In this document: positions 8,544 through 18,191 of the stretch, one piece after another
Layout: each line of letters starts with the position of its first letter
Numbering within the stretch: the stretch's first letter is position 1
Assembly: GCA_039795165.1 (NCBI GenBank)
Contig: JBDKER010000009.1
Span: 19,699-83,698, forward strand
Origin: Verrucomicrobiota bacterium
Lineage (GTDB): Bacteria; Verrucomicrobiota; Verrucomicrobiia; Verrucomicrobiales; V1-33
Length of the DNA stretch: 64,000 bases
Reading direction: 5' to 3'
Notes under the pieces: model-generated
What the model saw: the letters and a program-made list of their open reading frames with translations, nothing else
What the model was told of the DNA's origin: nothing
The model's database searches: none
Translations under genes and position numbers: made by a program

Positions 8544-9314
8544 TCAGGGACCGCGGAAGTGGTCGCGGAGGAGGTGGTAAACGAAGAGGGAATTGTAGGT
8601 GAAGTAGCGTTTCCAGAGTCGGCGGGGTTCGGCGCAGAGGCGGTAGAGCCATTCCATGCCGGCTTTCTGGATCCATGCGGGGGCCTGGCGGACTTCGCCG
8701 GCGTGGAAGGCGAAGGCGGCACCGATGCCGAAGTAGACGCCGTGGGGGAGCTGGTCTTTGTGGCGGGCGATCCAGAGTTCCTGTTTGGGGCAGCCGAGGC
8801 CGACCCAGACGAGGTTGGCATTTGCATTGCGGATGTGGCTGGCGATGCGGTCGAATTCGTCATCTGGCCATGGGCCGAAGGGTGGGCTGTAGGAACCTGC
8901 GATGGCGGAATGGGGGTGGTCCTGCTGGAAGCGTGTGGTCAGTTTCGCGAGCGTTTCCGGTTTTCCGCCGAGGAGGAAGTGGCGGAACTGGGGTTGGTTG
9001 CTGGTGGCCTCGATGGTGCGGAGCATGAGGTTCGGGCCGTAGACGCGGTCGGCGAGGCGGCGGTCGGATGCCTTGCGGGCGGCGCGGTTGACGGCCCAGA
9101 CGAGCGGCATGCCGTCTGGGCAGATGAGGTCGAACTGGCGCATGGCGCTGCCGAATTCCTCATTGGTGCGGGCGAGGGCGGCGACGTGGGTATTGGCGGC
9201 TTCGACGGCCCATGCCTTGCCGTCCGGGTGGGCGGCGTGGGCGAGGATCCATTTGATGGCGTCCGCGTAGTCGGCGACGGCGACGGCGAGGTCGAGGACG
9301 CGGCGGGTTTCCAT
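8544..9314 (-). CDS. WecB/TagA/CpsF family glycosyltransferase (GT26)
   Basis: METRRVLDL... start at 9314. Family-typical motifs: ICPDGMPLVW, FLLGGKPE, LVWVGLGCPKQELWI, GIGAAFAFHAG, WLYRL. The track ORF's extra 26 aa would overlap fcl. Confidence 0.85.
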   Translation of the reverse strand: METRRVLDLAVAVADYADAIKWILAHAAHPDGKAWAVEAANTHVAALARTNEEFGSAMRQFDLICPDGMPLVWAVNRAARKASDRRLADRVYGPNLMLRTIEATSNQPQFRHFLLGGKPETLAKLTTRFQQDHPHSAIAGSYSPPFGPWPDDEFDRIASHIRNANANLVWVGLGCPKQELWIARHKDQLPHGVYFGIGAAFAFHAGEVRQAPAWIQKAGMEWLYRLCAEPRRLWKRYFTYNSLFVYHLLRDHFRGP

Positions 9315-9349
9315 GGACTGGGGGCGGGCGGTTGCGGCGGGGTTGGGGA

Positions 9350-10312
9350 TCAGCTGCGGACGATGCCGCTGCCGGAGTCGCGCAGGAAGCACTGGTAGGC
9401 GTCGGCGAGGCCGTCTGCGAGAGGGATGCGCGGTTTCCAGCCTGAGGCGGCGAGGAGGGCATTGTCCATTAGTTTGCGGGGTGTACCGTCTGGTTTGGAG
9501 GGATCCGTGGCGATGGATCCTTTGAATCCGGTGGTGGCGGCGACGAGTTCTGCGAGTTCGTGGATACTGACATCCGATCCGAAGCCGACATTGATCCAGT
9601 CTGGCGGGTTGGGGAGGCCGAGAACGTGGAAGCAGGCGTCGGCGAGGTCATCGACGTGGAGGAATTCGCGTCGCGGGGTTCCGGTGCCCCAGATGACGAC
9701 TTCGGCATCGCCGCGCTGGGTTGCTTCGTGGAAGCGGCGGAGCAGGGCAGGGATGACGTGGGAATTCTCCGGGTGGTAGTTGTCGCCGGGGCCGTAGAGA
9801 TTCGTCGGCATGGCGCTGTGATAATGGAGGCCGTACTGCTGGCGGTAGTACTGGCAGAGCTTGAGGCCGGCGATTTTCGCGATGGCGTAGGCTTCGTTGG
9901 TTGGTTCGAGCGCGCTGGTGAGGAGGCACGATTCCGGCATGGGCTGCGGGGCGAGCCGTGGGTAGATGCACGAGCTTCCCAGGAAGAGGAGGCGGGGGAC
10001 GCCTGCGAGGCGGGCACCTTCAATGATGTTGAGGGCGATGGCGAGGTTATCGTGAATGAATTCCGCCGGGTAGGTACTGTTCGCGTGAATGCCACCGACT
10101 TTGGCTGCGGCGAGGAAGATGGCGTCGGGCTTCTCGCGTGCGATCCATTGGTGGACGGCCGCCTGATTCGTCAGATCAAGTTCCGAGCGGTTGGGCGTGA
10201 GGAGGTTCTGGTGGCCGCGCTGGCGGGCGGCCCGTTCGAGGGCAGAACCGACCATGCCACGGGATCCGGCGATGAAGATGCGGGCGTCGGGAGGAAGCGG
10301 GGAAGCAGACAT
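9350..10312 (-). CDS. fcl: GDP-L-fucose synthase (GDP-4-keto-6-deoxy-D-mannose 3,5-epimerase/4-reductase)
   Basis: [13 protein letters not shown] Rossmann motif, AAKVGGI, SSCIYP, catalytic YAIAK, and [11 protein letters not shown]...[10 protein letters not shown]. Collinear with Fcl/WcaG over its full length. Confidence 0.9.
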   Translation of the reverse strand: MSASPLPPDARIFIAGSRGMVGSALERAARQRGHQNLLTPNRSELDLTNQAAVHQWIAREKPDAIFLAAAKVGGIHANSTYPAEFIHDNLAIALNIIEGARLAGVPRLLFLGSSCIYPRLAPQPMPESCLLTSALEPTNEAYAIAKIAGLKLCQYYRQQYGLHYHSAMPTNLYGPGDNYHPENSHVIPALLRRFHEATQRGDAEVVIWGTGTPRREFLHVDDLADACFHVLGLPNPPDWINVGFGSDVSIHELAELVAATTGFKGSIATDPSKPDGTPRKLMDNALLAASGWKPRIPLADGLADAYQCFLRDSGSGIVRS

Positions 10313-10473
10313 GGTGAAAAGAGTGAAGCAGTCAGGCCTGTGCCATGGGGTCGGGCCGAATGCAATCAGTGGAAGCGCCGCTGCCGGAACGCGTCCGTTG
10401 TACTGAAAAACGGGGATGACGGCGAGCGTTTGGGGAAAGGAGGCGGGTGCCGGACGTTCTCATTTTGCCGACC

Positions 10474-11910
10474 ATGAATCCATTTGAACTGAATGTGCAG
10501 CGGGTGACGCGGCGGAGTTTCTTCGGTCGGGCCACGGCAGGGCTTGGTGGGGTGGCGCTGGCGAGTCTGCTGGGTCGCGATGCCGAGGCGGCCGCGGGGC
10601 TTGCCGGGTTGCCGCACGTGGCTCCGCGGGCCAAGCGGGTGGTCTGTCTGTGGCAGGGCGGGGCACCTTCGCATGTGGACTTGTTCGACCGGAAGCCTGT
10701 CATGGAGAAGCTGGCGGGGCAGGACATTCCCGATAGTGTGCGTGGAACGACGAGGCTGTCGACCATGACAGCGGGGAGCAAGCGCTGGCCGATTGTTCCG
10801 GGGATCAAGCCATGGCAGCGCTATGGAAAGTGCGGGACTGAGCTGAGCAGCCTGCTGCCCGGGATCGGGTCGATTGCCGACGACATCTGCGTGGTGCGGT
10901 CGATGAACACGGAAGCCGTGAATCATGCGCCTGGGGTGACCTTTTTCATGACGGGCTCGCAGGTGCCGGGACGACCGAGCATGGGGGCATGGCTGGCGTA
11001 TGGACTGGGCTGTGAATCCGAGGATCTGCCGTCCTTTGTGGTCATGACCTCGAGTGACCGCGGCAAGACCTGCGGTCAGCTGTTCTTTGATTACTACTGG
11101 GGATCCGGATTTCTGCCGAGCCGGTATCAGGGAGTGAGGTTCCGGAACACCGGCGAGCCGGTACCATATCTGGAGAATCCTCCGGGCGTGAGCCGCGAAG
11201 CGCGGCGGATGCTGCTTGATGAGATCAATGCTCTCAATGCCGAGCATCTGGCCGAGTACGGCGATCCCGAGATCGACACGCGCATTTCGCAGTATGAAAT
11301 GGCATTCCGGATGCAGGCCAGTGTTCCTGATCTGCTCGATTTCTCGAATGAACCGAAGAGTGTCCTCGAGATGTACGGTCCGGATGTGCTCGTGAAGGGG
11401 ACGTACGCCAACAACTGCCTCATTGCGCGGCGGCTGCTCGAGCGCGGCGTCCGCTTTGTCCAGCTCATGCACAGTGGCTGGGATCAGCACGGCAATCTCT
11501 ACACGCAACTCGAAGAGCAATGCCGGGACACCGATCTGCCTAGTGCGGCCCTCGTGAAGGACCTCAAGCAGCGTGGGCTGCTCGACGATACGCTCGTGAC
11601 GTGGGGCGGCGAATTCGGGCGCACCCCGTTCGGTCAGGGCGACCCGGCCAAGCCGAATGGCCGCGACCATTTTGGGCGGGCCTACAGTTGGTGGCTCGCC
11701 GGGGGCGGCATCCGTCCCGGGACGACATGGGGAGAAACCGACGACTTTGCATGGAACATCGTGAAGGACCCTGTGCACATTCATGACATGCAGGCGACCA
11801 TCCTGCACCTCTGCGGGATCAATCATGAAGCACTCACCTACCGGTACCAGGGGCGGCAGTTCCGCCTGACCGACGTTCATGGCCATGTCGTCAGGGGTAT
11901 GATTGCCTGA
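10474..11910 (+). CDS. DUF1501 domain-containing protein (sulfatase-fold, TAT signal)
   Basis: MNPFELNVQRVTRRSFFGRATAGLGGVALASLLG signal, then APRAKRVVCLWQGGAPSHVDLFDRKP and a ...GGEFGRTP... GRDH... core typical of DUF1501. Confidence 0.85.
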   Translation: MNPFELNVQRVTRRSFFGRATAGLGGVALASLLGRDAEAAAGLAGLPHVAPRAKRVVCLWQGGAPSHVDLFDRKPVMEKLAGQDIPDSVRGTTRLSTMTAGSKRWPIVPGIKPWQRYGKCGTELSSLLPGIGSIADDICVVRSMNTEAVNHAPGVTFFMTGSQVPGRPSMGAWLAYGLGCESEDLPSFVVMTSSDRGKTCGQLFFDYYWGSGFLPSRYQGVRFRNTGEPVPYLENPPGVSREARRMLLDEINALNAEHLAEYGDPEIDTRISQYEMAFRMQASVPDLLDFSNEPKSVLEMYGPDVLVKGTYANNCLIARRLLERGVRFVQLMHSGWDQHGNLYTQLEEQCRDTDLPSAALVKDLKQRGLLDDTLVTWGGEFGRTPFGQGDPAKPNGRDHFGRAYSWWLAGGGIRPGTTWGETDDFAWNIVKDPVHIHDMQATILHLCGINHEALTYRYQGRQFRLTDVHGHVVRGMIA

Positions 11911-12054
11911 TAATCAGGGAGTTAAACGGAATTTCAGCCCGTTCCGGCCATGGGGCCGCAGCCTTTCCGGTCGGGTGGGAAATGCGGGCTGATGCGGGAC
12001 ACGATTCATCTTTCTGCTTTTCTCGAGCGTATCCCGGGGTATCCGCCGAGAGTT

Positions 12055-12756
12055 ATGCCGACCATTGTTTCCTCAATCATCCGTTTCTATCAGTCCTCGA
12101 TTGGCCGCAAGCTTGCGGTGGCCGTCACGGGATTGCTGCTCATTGGGTTTCTGGTGGTGCACATGCTCGGGAATTTCCTGCTGTATGCCGGGCCGGAGGC
12201 GCTCAATGCCTATGCGAAGAAACTCCACGATCTGGGGCCGCTGCTGTGGGTGGCGCGGCTCGGTCTGCTCGGGCTGGCGGTGGTGCATGTGGTGGGCACG
12301 ATTCAGCTGACGCGGGAGAACCGGGTGGCGCGGTCGCAGAAATACGCGGTCGACGCCACGCGCAAGGCCACCAAGTCGAGCCGGACGATGATTCTGAGCG
12401 GGCTGACGATTCTTGCCTTCATTGGGTACCATCTGATGCACTTCACGGTGTGCTGGGGGAATGACTATGGAAATCCGGAGAACAAGCGCTACTGGCTGGC
12501 GGACGGGAGCAAGAATGTGTACAACATGGTGGTCGACGGGTTCGGATTTCTGCCCGCCTCCGCCTTCTACATTGTGGCCATGGGACTACTGTTCATGCAC
12601 CTGAGTCACGGCTTCGCGAGTGTCTTCCAGACGCTCGGTGTGACCACGCCGAAATCGCGTCCCGTCATCGAAGGTGCGGGCAAACTGCTGGCGCTCGCCT
12701 TGTTCCTTGGGAATATTTCGATGCCGCTGGCGGTTCTGTTTGGTCTTGTGAAGTGA
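12055..12756 (+). CDS. sdhC: succinate dehydrogenase/fumarate reductase cytochrome b subunit, b558 type
   Basis: MPTIVSSIIRFYQSSIGRKLAVAVTGLLLIGFLVVHMLGNFLLY... It has five hydrophobic helices with conserved His residues (HMLGN, HVVGT, HLMHF, MHLSHG). No sdhA or sdhB is adjacent. Confidence 0.75.
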   Translation: MPTIVSSIIRFYQSSIGRKLAVAVTGLLLIGFLVVHMLGNFLLYAGPEALNAYAKKLHDLGPLLWVARLGLLGLAVVHVVGTIQLTRENRVARSQKYAVDATRKATKSSRTMILSGLTILAFIGYHLMHFTVCWGNDYGNPENKRYWLADGSKNVYNMVVDGFGFLPASAFYIVAMGLLFMHLSHGFASVFQTLGVTTPKSRPVIEGAGKLLALALFLGNISMPLAVLFGLVK

Positions 12757-12836
12757 CTCGAGACCGGACGATTTCCGATAGAAGTGCTGACCTCTCTGAA
12801 CACGCTCGCCTCCCCCGAACCTAAGCCTGTTCCTGA

Positions 12837-13022
12837 GCGCCAACGGCGCGCCCCATACCAGCCTGGGCCATCGGCCCAGGTCACGGACACGCCAATCACC
12901 GAAGCCCTGCAGGGGCGCGCCATTTCCTTGCCGATGGGACGGGCCTTCAGCCCTCACGGAATCGATTAAACCGCCTAGCTGGGCCGTTGGCCCAGGCTGG
13001 TATGGTTCCGGGCCGTTGGCCC
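12837..13022. repeat. REP/BIME- or MITE-like element: about 45-bp imperfect inverted arms, each made of two small GC hairpins
   Basis: Left arm is 12837-12880 (GCGCCAACGGCGC ... CCATACCAGCCTGGGCCATCGGCCCAGG). Right arm is 12978-13022 (CTGGGCCGTTGGCCCAGGCTGGTATGG ... GGGCCGTTGGCCC). The 27-nt cores are reverse complements with one mismatch. A 9-bp direct repeat ACCGCCTAG occurs at 12970-12978 and 13028-13036. Confidence 0.6.
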
Positions 13023-13032
13023 TTGGCACCGC

Positions 13033-14394
13033 CTAGAATTCCGCGCTGCCGGGGGTACGGGCGAAGGGGATGACGTCGCGGATATTGCCGACGCCGGTGA
13101 GGAACATGAGGAGGCGTTCGAAGCCCATGCCGTAGCCGGCGTGCGGGACAGATCCATACTTCCGGAGGTCGGTGTACCACCAGTAGTCGGCCGGATTGAC
13201 GTTATGGGAGGCCATGGCGGCGACGAGGAGGTCGAGGCGTTCCTCGCGCTGGCTGCCGCCGATCAGTTCGCCGATGCCTGGCACGAGGAGGTCCATGGCG
13301 GCGACCGTGCGGCCGTCATCGTTCTGGCGCATGTAGAACGGTTTGATTTCCTTTGGGTAATTGAAGACGGTGACAGGACCGCCGAAGTGTTTTTCGGTCA
13401 GGAAGCGTTCGTGTTCGCTCTGGAGATTGAGGCCGTAGGCGACCGGGTATTCGAAGGGGTGGTCCGACTTGAGAAGTATGTCGATGGCGTCGGAGTAGGC
13501 GAGCCGCTGGAAGGGTTTTTCCGCGACCATGGTGAGTCTGGGGATGAGGTCCTTGTCGACGAACTTGCTGCAGAAGGCGATGTCTTCCGCGCAGTCGTCG
13601 AGGGCGAAGCGGGCCATTTCGCGGACGTGGGCTTCGGCGAGGTCCATGTTGGCGGTGAGGTCGGCGAAGGCGACTTCCGGTTCGATCATCCAGAATTCGG
13701 CGGCGTGGCGCGAGGTATTGCTGTTTTCGGCGCGGAAGGTGGGGCCGAAGGTATAGACCTTTCCGAGGGCGCAGGCGAATGTTTCCGCTTCCAGCTGACC
13801 GCTCACGGTGAGGAACGACTGACGTCCGAAGAAGTCTTCTTCTGGTTTTGCTGCGGAGCCCTGGTCGAGGGTGGTGACGCGGAACATTTCGCCGGCTCCT
13901 TCGCAGTCGCTTGCCGTGATGATGGGGGTGTGGACATTGACGAAGCCGCGGCTCTGGAAGAACTGATGAACCGCCCATGTCATGCGGCTGCGGATGCGGA
14001 AGACAGCGCCGAAGAGATTCGAGCGAGGGCGGAGGTGAGCGATGGACCGGAGGAATTCGAGCGAGTGACCTTTTTTCTGAAGCGGGTAGGTTTCGTCGGC
14101 TGGGCCGAGGAGGGCGATGCTGGTGGCCTGGATTTCCCATTGCTGTCCGGCTCCCTGACTGGGGACGAGGCGGCCCTCGACTTTCAGGGAAGCGCCTGTG
14201 GTCATTCTGGCGATGTCGTCGTAGCCGGGGATGCCAGCGTCGGCGATCACCTGGATGCCGCGGAGGCAGGAACCGTCATTCAGTTCAAGGAAGGAAAACG
14301 CTTTCGAGTCGCGCCTTGTGCGGATCCATCCGGCGAGCGAGACGGCGTCGAGTGGGCCTGGGCTGGCGAGGGCGGCTTTGACGGACAGTTGCAT
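13033..14394 (-). CDS. asnS: asparagine--tRNA ligase
   Basis: Full-length class II AsnRS pattern: WIRTRRDSKAFSFLELNDGS, FRAENSNTSRHAAEFWMIEPE, GGSQREERLD, HAGYGMGFERL. Confidence 0.95.
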   Translation of the reverse strand: MQLSVKAALASPGPLDAVSLAGWIRTRRDSKAFSFLELNDGSCLRGIQVIADAGIPGYDDIARMTTGASLKVEGRLVPSQGAGQQWEIQATSIALLGPADETYPLQKKGHSLEFLRSIAHLRPRSNLFGAVFRIRSRMTWAVHQFFQSRGFVNVHTPIITASDCEGAGEMFRVTTLDQGSAAKPEEDFFGRQSFLTVSGQLEAETFACALGKVYTFGPTFRAENSNTSRHAAEFWMIEPEVAFADLTANMDLAEAHVREMARFALDDCAEDIAFCSKFVDKDLIPRLTMVAEKPFQRLAYSDAIDILLKSDHPFEYPVAYGLNLQSEHERFLTEKHFGGPVTVFNYPKEIKPFYMRQNDDGRTVAAMDLLVPGIGELIGGSQREERLDLLVAAMASHNVNPADYWWYTDLRKYGSVPHAGYGMGFERLLMFLTGVGNIRDVIPFARTPGSAEF

Positions 14395-14426
14395 GGCGCG
14401 AGTGTCCGCGGGCGGGAGTGGCTGTC

Positions 14427-14457
14427 AAAAACGGAATGAGGCATCCGGTGGATTCCG
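14427..14457 (-). terminator. possible weak intrinsic terminator after hrpA
   Basis: The minus strand reads CGGAAT-(14 nt)-ATTCCG followed by TTTTT, 9 nt after the hrpA stop. The stem is short and the loop long. Confidence 0.3.
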
Positions 14458-14465
14458 GCTGTGGT

Positions 14466-17400
14466 TCAGGCGGTCGGCAGGAAGAAGGTATCGAGTCGTT
14501 TGGGCGAGACTGGTTCCGCGGTGCCGAGTTCCTGAGCGAAGAGCGAGACCCGGTATTCCTCGAGGAGCCAGCGGAAGGATTCGTGCTGGGCGGGATCGAC
14601 GCGGGGCAGCCAGTTTTCGTAGGGTGCGAGCAGAGCGGCGCGTTCGCGGTCGCGGGACGGCTGGAGTTTCGCTTTGCGGGCGCGGACCGCGAGGGCTTCG
14701 AGGTAGCGTGGGAAATGGGCAAGCTGACGGTGCGGGATGCGGGCTGGAAAGTCGGCCGGGATGAGTCGCCGCAGTTCCGCTTCCATGGACGGAAGGGCGG
14801 CCGATTCGGCGAGGAGAGCCGTGCGTTTTGCGAAGGTTGTGCGGGTAGCCTCGATGACTGTGCGGACGAGCAGGGGCCAGTCGCGCCGGGCTTGTTCGAG
14901 GAGAGCTGTGAAGCGTGCCTTGGTAAGCGGGAAAATGGGGTCGAGGCGGAGCGAGTGGCGCAGGATGTGTTCGGCGGCGTGCTGCTGGAGTTCCTCTGGC
15001 GACGGCAGGCCGGAGGCTCCCGCGGCGGCCATGCGGGCACTCACGGCGCTGAGGGCGTCGTGCAGGCTGGCGGCCTTGCGGGAAGGAGTCGGGGCTGCCG
15101 TGAGCTGGCGGAGTTCGCGCTGGAGCCATGCGAGGTCTTTTGGAAGCGACAGCTCGGCGAGTCTGCGGACGCCTTCCTGCGAGGCGTTCGCGGCGTCGTC
15201 CTGATCCGTGAAGAGCACGAGGGAAACGGAATCGCGTTCCGCCTTGAGGCCTGGGAAGGCGAGCACGGCGCGCCCCATGCTGGTTCCGGCGGGCACCGAT
15301 GCTGGTAGATCGCCGCAGGTCCATGCTGTGAGGCCGTGTTTTTCCCATTGCTGGACAGCGCGCTGCCAATCCGCCGAGCCGGCCGATTTTCCGCGCATGG
15401 CATCGTGGATGGCGGCGAGGTCACGGCTGGTGACGAGGGTGCTGCCGGCGGTATCGACCACTTCGATGCGGGGGCGCAGGTAATCCGGGAGGCTGCCATC
15501 GGGCCAATCGGCGGCGGCCACGCGGACCCCGAAATTCTTCGTGAGAAATTCCGCAAGGGCCGGGAGGAAATCGCTGCGGCCCGGGTCGAAGCCTGCGGCC
15601 ACGGCGGCGATGCGGTCCGGGAGGGGTTCGAGTGATTTCCGGATCGGTTTTGGGAGGGCGCGGAGGAGAACGGAAGCGATTTCCGGCCGGAGGCCCGGGA
15701 CGGCCCATTGGAGTTGTCCGGAGGTCAGGTGTTCGGCTGCTTCCGCGGGGACCTTGACCGTGACACCGTCGCGTTCCTGGCCCGGGGTGTAGGCGTAGGA
15801 GACTGGGAGGACGGTATTGCCGATGGAGACGCGGTCCGGGAAGTGGCTGTGGTGGTCCTGCGTGTCCGTGCGTGCGAGATCCGCCTCCGTGGCGGTGAGG
15901 GCATCGTTGCCATGATCCCGGACGAAGCGGTTGAGGTCGTGCAGCGACGAAATGCCGCGCAGCCTTGCGGCATAGAAATCGGCGAGTCGTTCCGCGACCT
16001 GCCAGACGCCGCCCGAGCGGGATCGGCTGAGGGCGAGTTCCAGTTTGTCGCGCAGGCGGCGGTTGGCCGCGGCGAACGGGTGGGTGACGGCGGCATCGTC
16101 CTCGATGAGGGCGGCGCGGATGAAGATGGCCGTTGCTTCGTCGGCCCGGACCCGGCCGTAATCGATGCGGCCGCGCCGGAGTTCGAGTCCGTGCATGAGG
16201 ACGCGTTCGAGGGCGGTGACGCGGCCGGTTTTCGGGTCCCATTCCGGGGCACTGACTCGGTGTTCGCAGAGGTGGGGTCCGAGGGCGATGGCCCATGCGG
16301 GTTCGATGCCAGCGGCGGTGCGGGCGAAGAGCTGGGAAGTCTGGACGATTTCCGCGGCCATGATCCAGTCCGGCTGGGCGGGTCCTTTTTCGGTGGTTCC
16401 CTGGGTGGGCCGGTCCTTGCGTTGATGGAGCGTCGATCCCGGGAATACGAGGACCTCGCGGTTGCCTGATGCCTTGTAGAGATTGCGGGCTTCGCGCCGG
16501 GCGATGTGGCCGAGGAGGCCGGCGAGGATGCAGCGGTGAATGGCGGCCGAGCGCACGTGGTCTGGAAACTCCGTGACCGCCGGAGGGTCCGCATCGTCGT
16601 CCAGCACGGCGTCGCCCAGTTGCCGCCAGAGGTCGCGCCATTCCGTGAGCCGGCTGTATGAAATGAAGTTCGTGCGGCAGAAGCGGCGCAGGGCATTGCG
16701 GCTTCCTCCCGGGGGCGGGGCGGCGAGCCAGAGGCGGAGGAGCGAAAGGAAATCCGAGCCCGGCGTGCGGAAGGCGCGGTGGGCCGTGTCGGCGGCCTCG
16801 CGGGCGTCGTCCGGCCGTTCCCGCGGGTCCGGGACGCTCAGGCCCGCAGCGATCACGAGCAATTCCGGCAGAACGCGTTCGCGTTTGGCCTCGAGCAGCA
16901 TGCGGCCGAGCACGGGGTCGAGCGGGAGCCGCGCCAGTTCCCGTCCGGCCGGGAGGAGGTCATTCGTTTCGCTGAGGGCACCGAGTTCGTGCAGCAATTG
17001 GTAGCCCGCGCGGATGGCAGCCGGGGCGGGAGGATTGAGGAAGGGGAACGATTCGATTTCACCGAGCCGGAACGCCTTCATGCGGAGGATGACTTCGGCG
17101 AGGTTGGCGCGCTGGATTTCCGGGACCGCGAAGAGCGGACGCTTGAGAAAATCCTCTTCGCTGTAGAGGCGGATGCAGAGGCCTGCCTTGACCCGTCCGG
17201 CGCGTCCGGCCCGCTGATTGGCGCTGCTCTGGGCGACTGGTTCGATGGGGAGGCGGCGCGTTCTCGTGCGGGGCTGGTAGCGGCTGATGCGGGAGAGTCC
17301 GGTATCGATAACGCAGCTGATGCCCGGGATGGTGAGGGAAGTTTCTGCGATGTTGGTGGCGGCGATGACGCGGCGGCGGTTGCTGCTGCCGAAGACGCGC

Positions 17401-18191
17401 TGCTGGTCCTGTCCGGCCATGCGACCGTAGAGCGGCAGGACTTCCCATGAGGGACCGAGGCGGCCGCCGAGGACATCGACTGCTTCGCGGATGTCGCGTT
17501 CCGTGGGAAGGAATACCAGAATGTCGCCCTCGTCTGTGCTCGTGGCGGCATCTTCCACCGCCGTAATGGCCGACCGCATCCAGCCGCCCTCGCCCTCGCT
17601 TTCCTCCGAGGGAACGTAATGAATATCGACTGGCCATGTGCGGCCCGATACCTCGATGACCGGGGCCCCGCCGAAGGCTGCGGAGAAGGCGGCCGTATCG
17701 ATGGTCGCCGAAGTGATGATCAGTTTAAGGTCGCGGCGGCGGGCAAGGAGGCCTTTCAGGTAGCCGAGCAGGAAGTCGATGTTGAGCGAACGCTCGTGGG
17801 CTTCATCAATGATGATGGCGCTGTAGGCCCGCAGATCGCGGTCGCTCTGAATCTCCGCCAGCAGAATGCCATCGGTCATGAATTTGAGGACCGTATCGCG
17901 CGAGGTATCGTCGCTGAAGCGCATGCGGCAGCCGACTTCGCGGCCCCATGGGACCTGCAGTTCGGCGGCGACGCGGCGCGAAATGCTCATGGCGGCGACG
18001 CGGCGTGGCTGGGTGCAGCCGATGCGGCCTTTGGTGGCGAGGCCCGCTTCGAGGCACATCTTGGGCAGCTGCGTCGTCTTGCCGCTGCCGGTTTCTCCGG
18101 CAATCACGACGACCTGATGCTCCCGGATGGCTGCGGTGATTTCGCTGCGCCGTGCCGAGATGGGGAGGTCGGCTGGGTAGGAAATCTTCAT
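14466..18191 (-). CDS. hrpA: ATP-dependent RNA helicase HrpA (DEAH box)
   Basis: MKISYPADLPISARR..., GETGSGKTTQLPK, IIIDEAHERSLNIDFLLG, TNIAETSLTIPG, QRAGRAGR, plus a long HrpA-type C-terminal region. The start at 18191 overlaps the upstream HAD gene stop (ATGA). Confidence 0.9.
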   Translation of the reverse strand: MKISYPADLPISARRSEITAAIREHQVVVIAGETGSGKTTQLPKMCLEAGLATKGRIGCTQPRRVAAMSISRRVAAELQVPWGREVGCRMRFSDDTSRDTVLKFMTDGILLAEIQSDRDLRAYSAIIIDEAHERSLNIDFLLGYLKGLLARRRDLKLIITSATIDTAAFSAAFGGAPVIEVSGRTWPVDIHYVPSEESEGEGGWMRSAITAVEDAATSTDEGDILVFLPTERDIREAVDVLGGRLGPSWEVLPLYGRMAGQDQQRVFGSSNRRRVIAATNIAETSLTIPGISCVIDTGLSRISRYQPRTRTRRLPIEPVAQSSANQRAGRAGRVKAGLCIRLYSEEDFLKRPLFAVPEIQRANLAEVILRMKAFRLGEIESFPFLNPPAPAAIRAGYQLLHELGALSETNDLLPAGRELARLPLDPVLGRMLLEAKRERVLPELLVIAAGLSVPDPRERPDDAREAADTAHRAFRTPGSDFLSLLRLWLAAPPPGGSRNALRRFCRTNFISYSRLTEWRDLWRQLGDAVLDDDADPPAVTEFPDHVRSAAIHRCILAGLLGHIARREARNLYKASGNREVLVFPGSTLHQRKDRPTQGTTEKGPAQPDWIMAAEIVQTSQLFARTAAGIEPAWAIALGPHLCEHRVSAPEWDPKTGRVTALERVLMHGLELRRGRIDYGRVRADEATAIFIRAALIEDDAAVTHPFAAANRRLRDKLELALSRSRSGGVWQVAERLADFYAARLRGISSLHDLNRFVRDHGNDALTATEADLARTDTQDHHSHFPDRVSIGNTVLPVSYAYTPGQERDGVTVKVPAEAAEHLTSGQLQWAVPGLRPEIASVLLRALPKPIRKSLEPLPDRIAAVAAGFDPGRSDFLPALAEFLTKNFGVRVAAADWPDGSLPDYLRPRIEVVDTAGSTLVTSRDLAAIHDAMRGKSAGSADWQRAVQQWEKHGLTAWTCGDLPASVPAGTSMGRAVLAFPGLKAERDSVSLVLFTDQDDAANASQEGVRRLAELSLPKDLAWLQRELRQLTAAPTPSRKAASLHDALSAVSARMAAAGASGLPSPEELQQHAAEHILRHSLRLDPIFPLTKARFTALLEQARRDWPLLVRTVIEATRTTFAKRTALLAESAALPSMEAELRRLIPADFPARIPHRQLAHFPRYLEALAVRARKAKLQPSRDRERAALLAPYENWLPRVDPAQHESFRWLLEEYRVSLFAQELGTAEPVSPKRLDTFFLPTA

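Noticed and set aside
8350-8580. 76-aa ORF encoding a collagen-like GPK/GRK repeat from the 9-bp tandem array
   Set aside because: It needs a GTG start overlapping the upstream stop. It has no signal or flanking domain, and the tail after the repeat is Arg/Trp-rich noise. It cannot be fully excluded because the repeat unit is a multiple of three.
8214-9398. 394-aa plus-strand ORF running through the 9-bp repeat and the GT26 gene
   Set aside because: It is antisense to the well-supported GT26 gene. Its GTKGTEGTK segment is just the tandem repeat read in frame.
10366-11886. 506-aa minus-strand ORF covering the DUF1501 gene
   Set aside because: It is antisense to a gene with clear family motifs and has shadow-frame composition.
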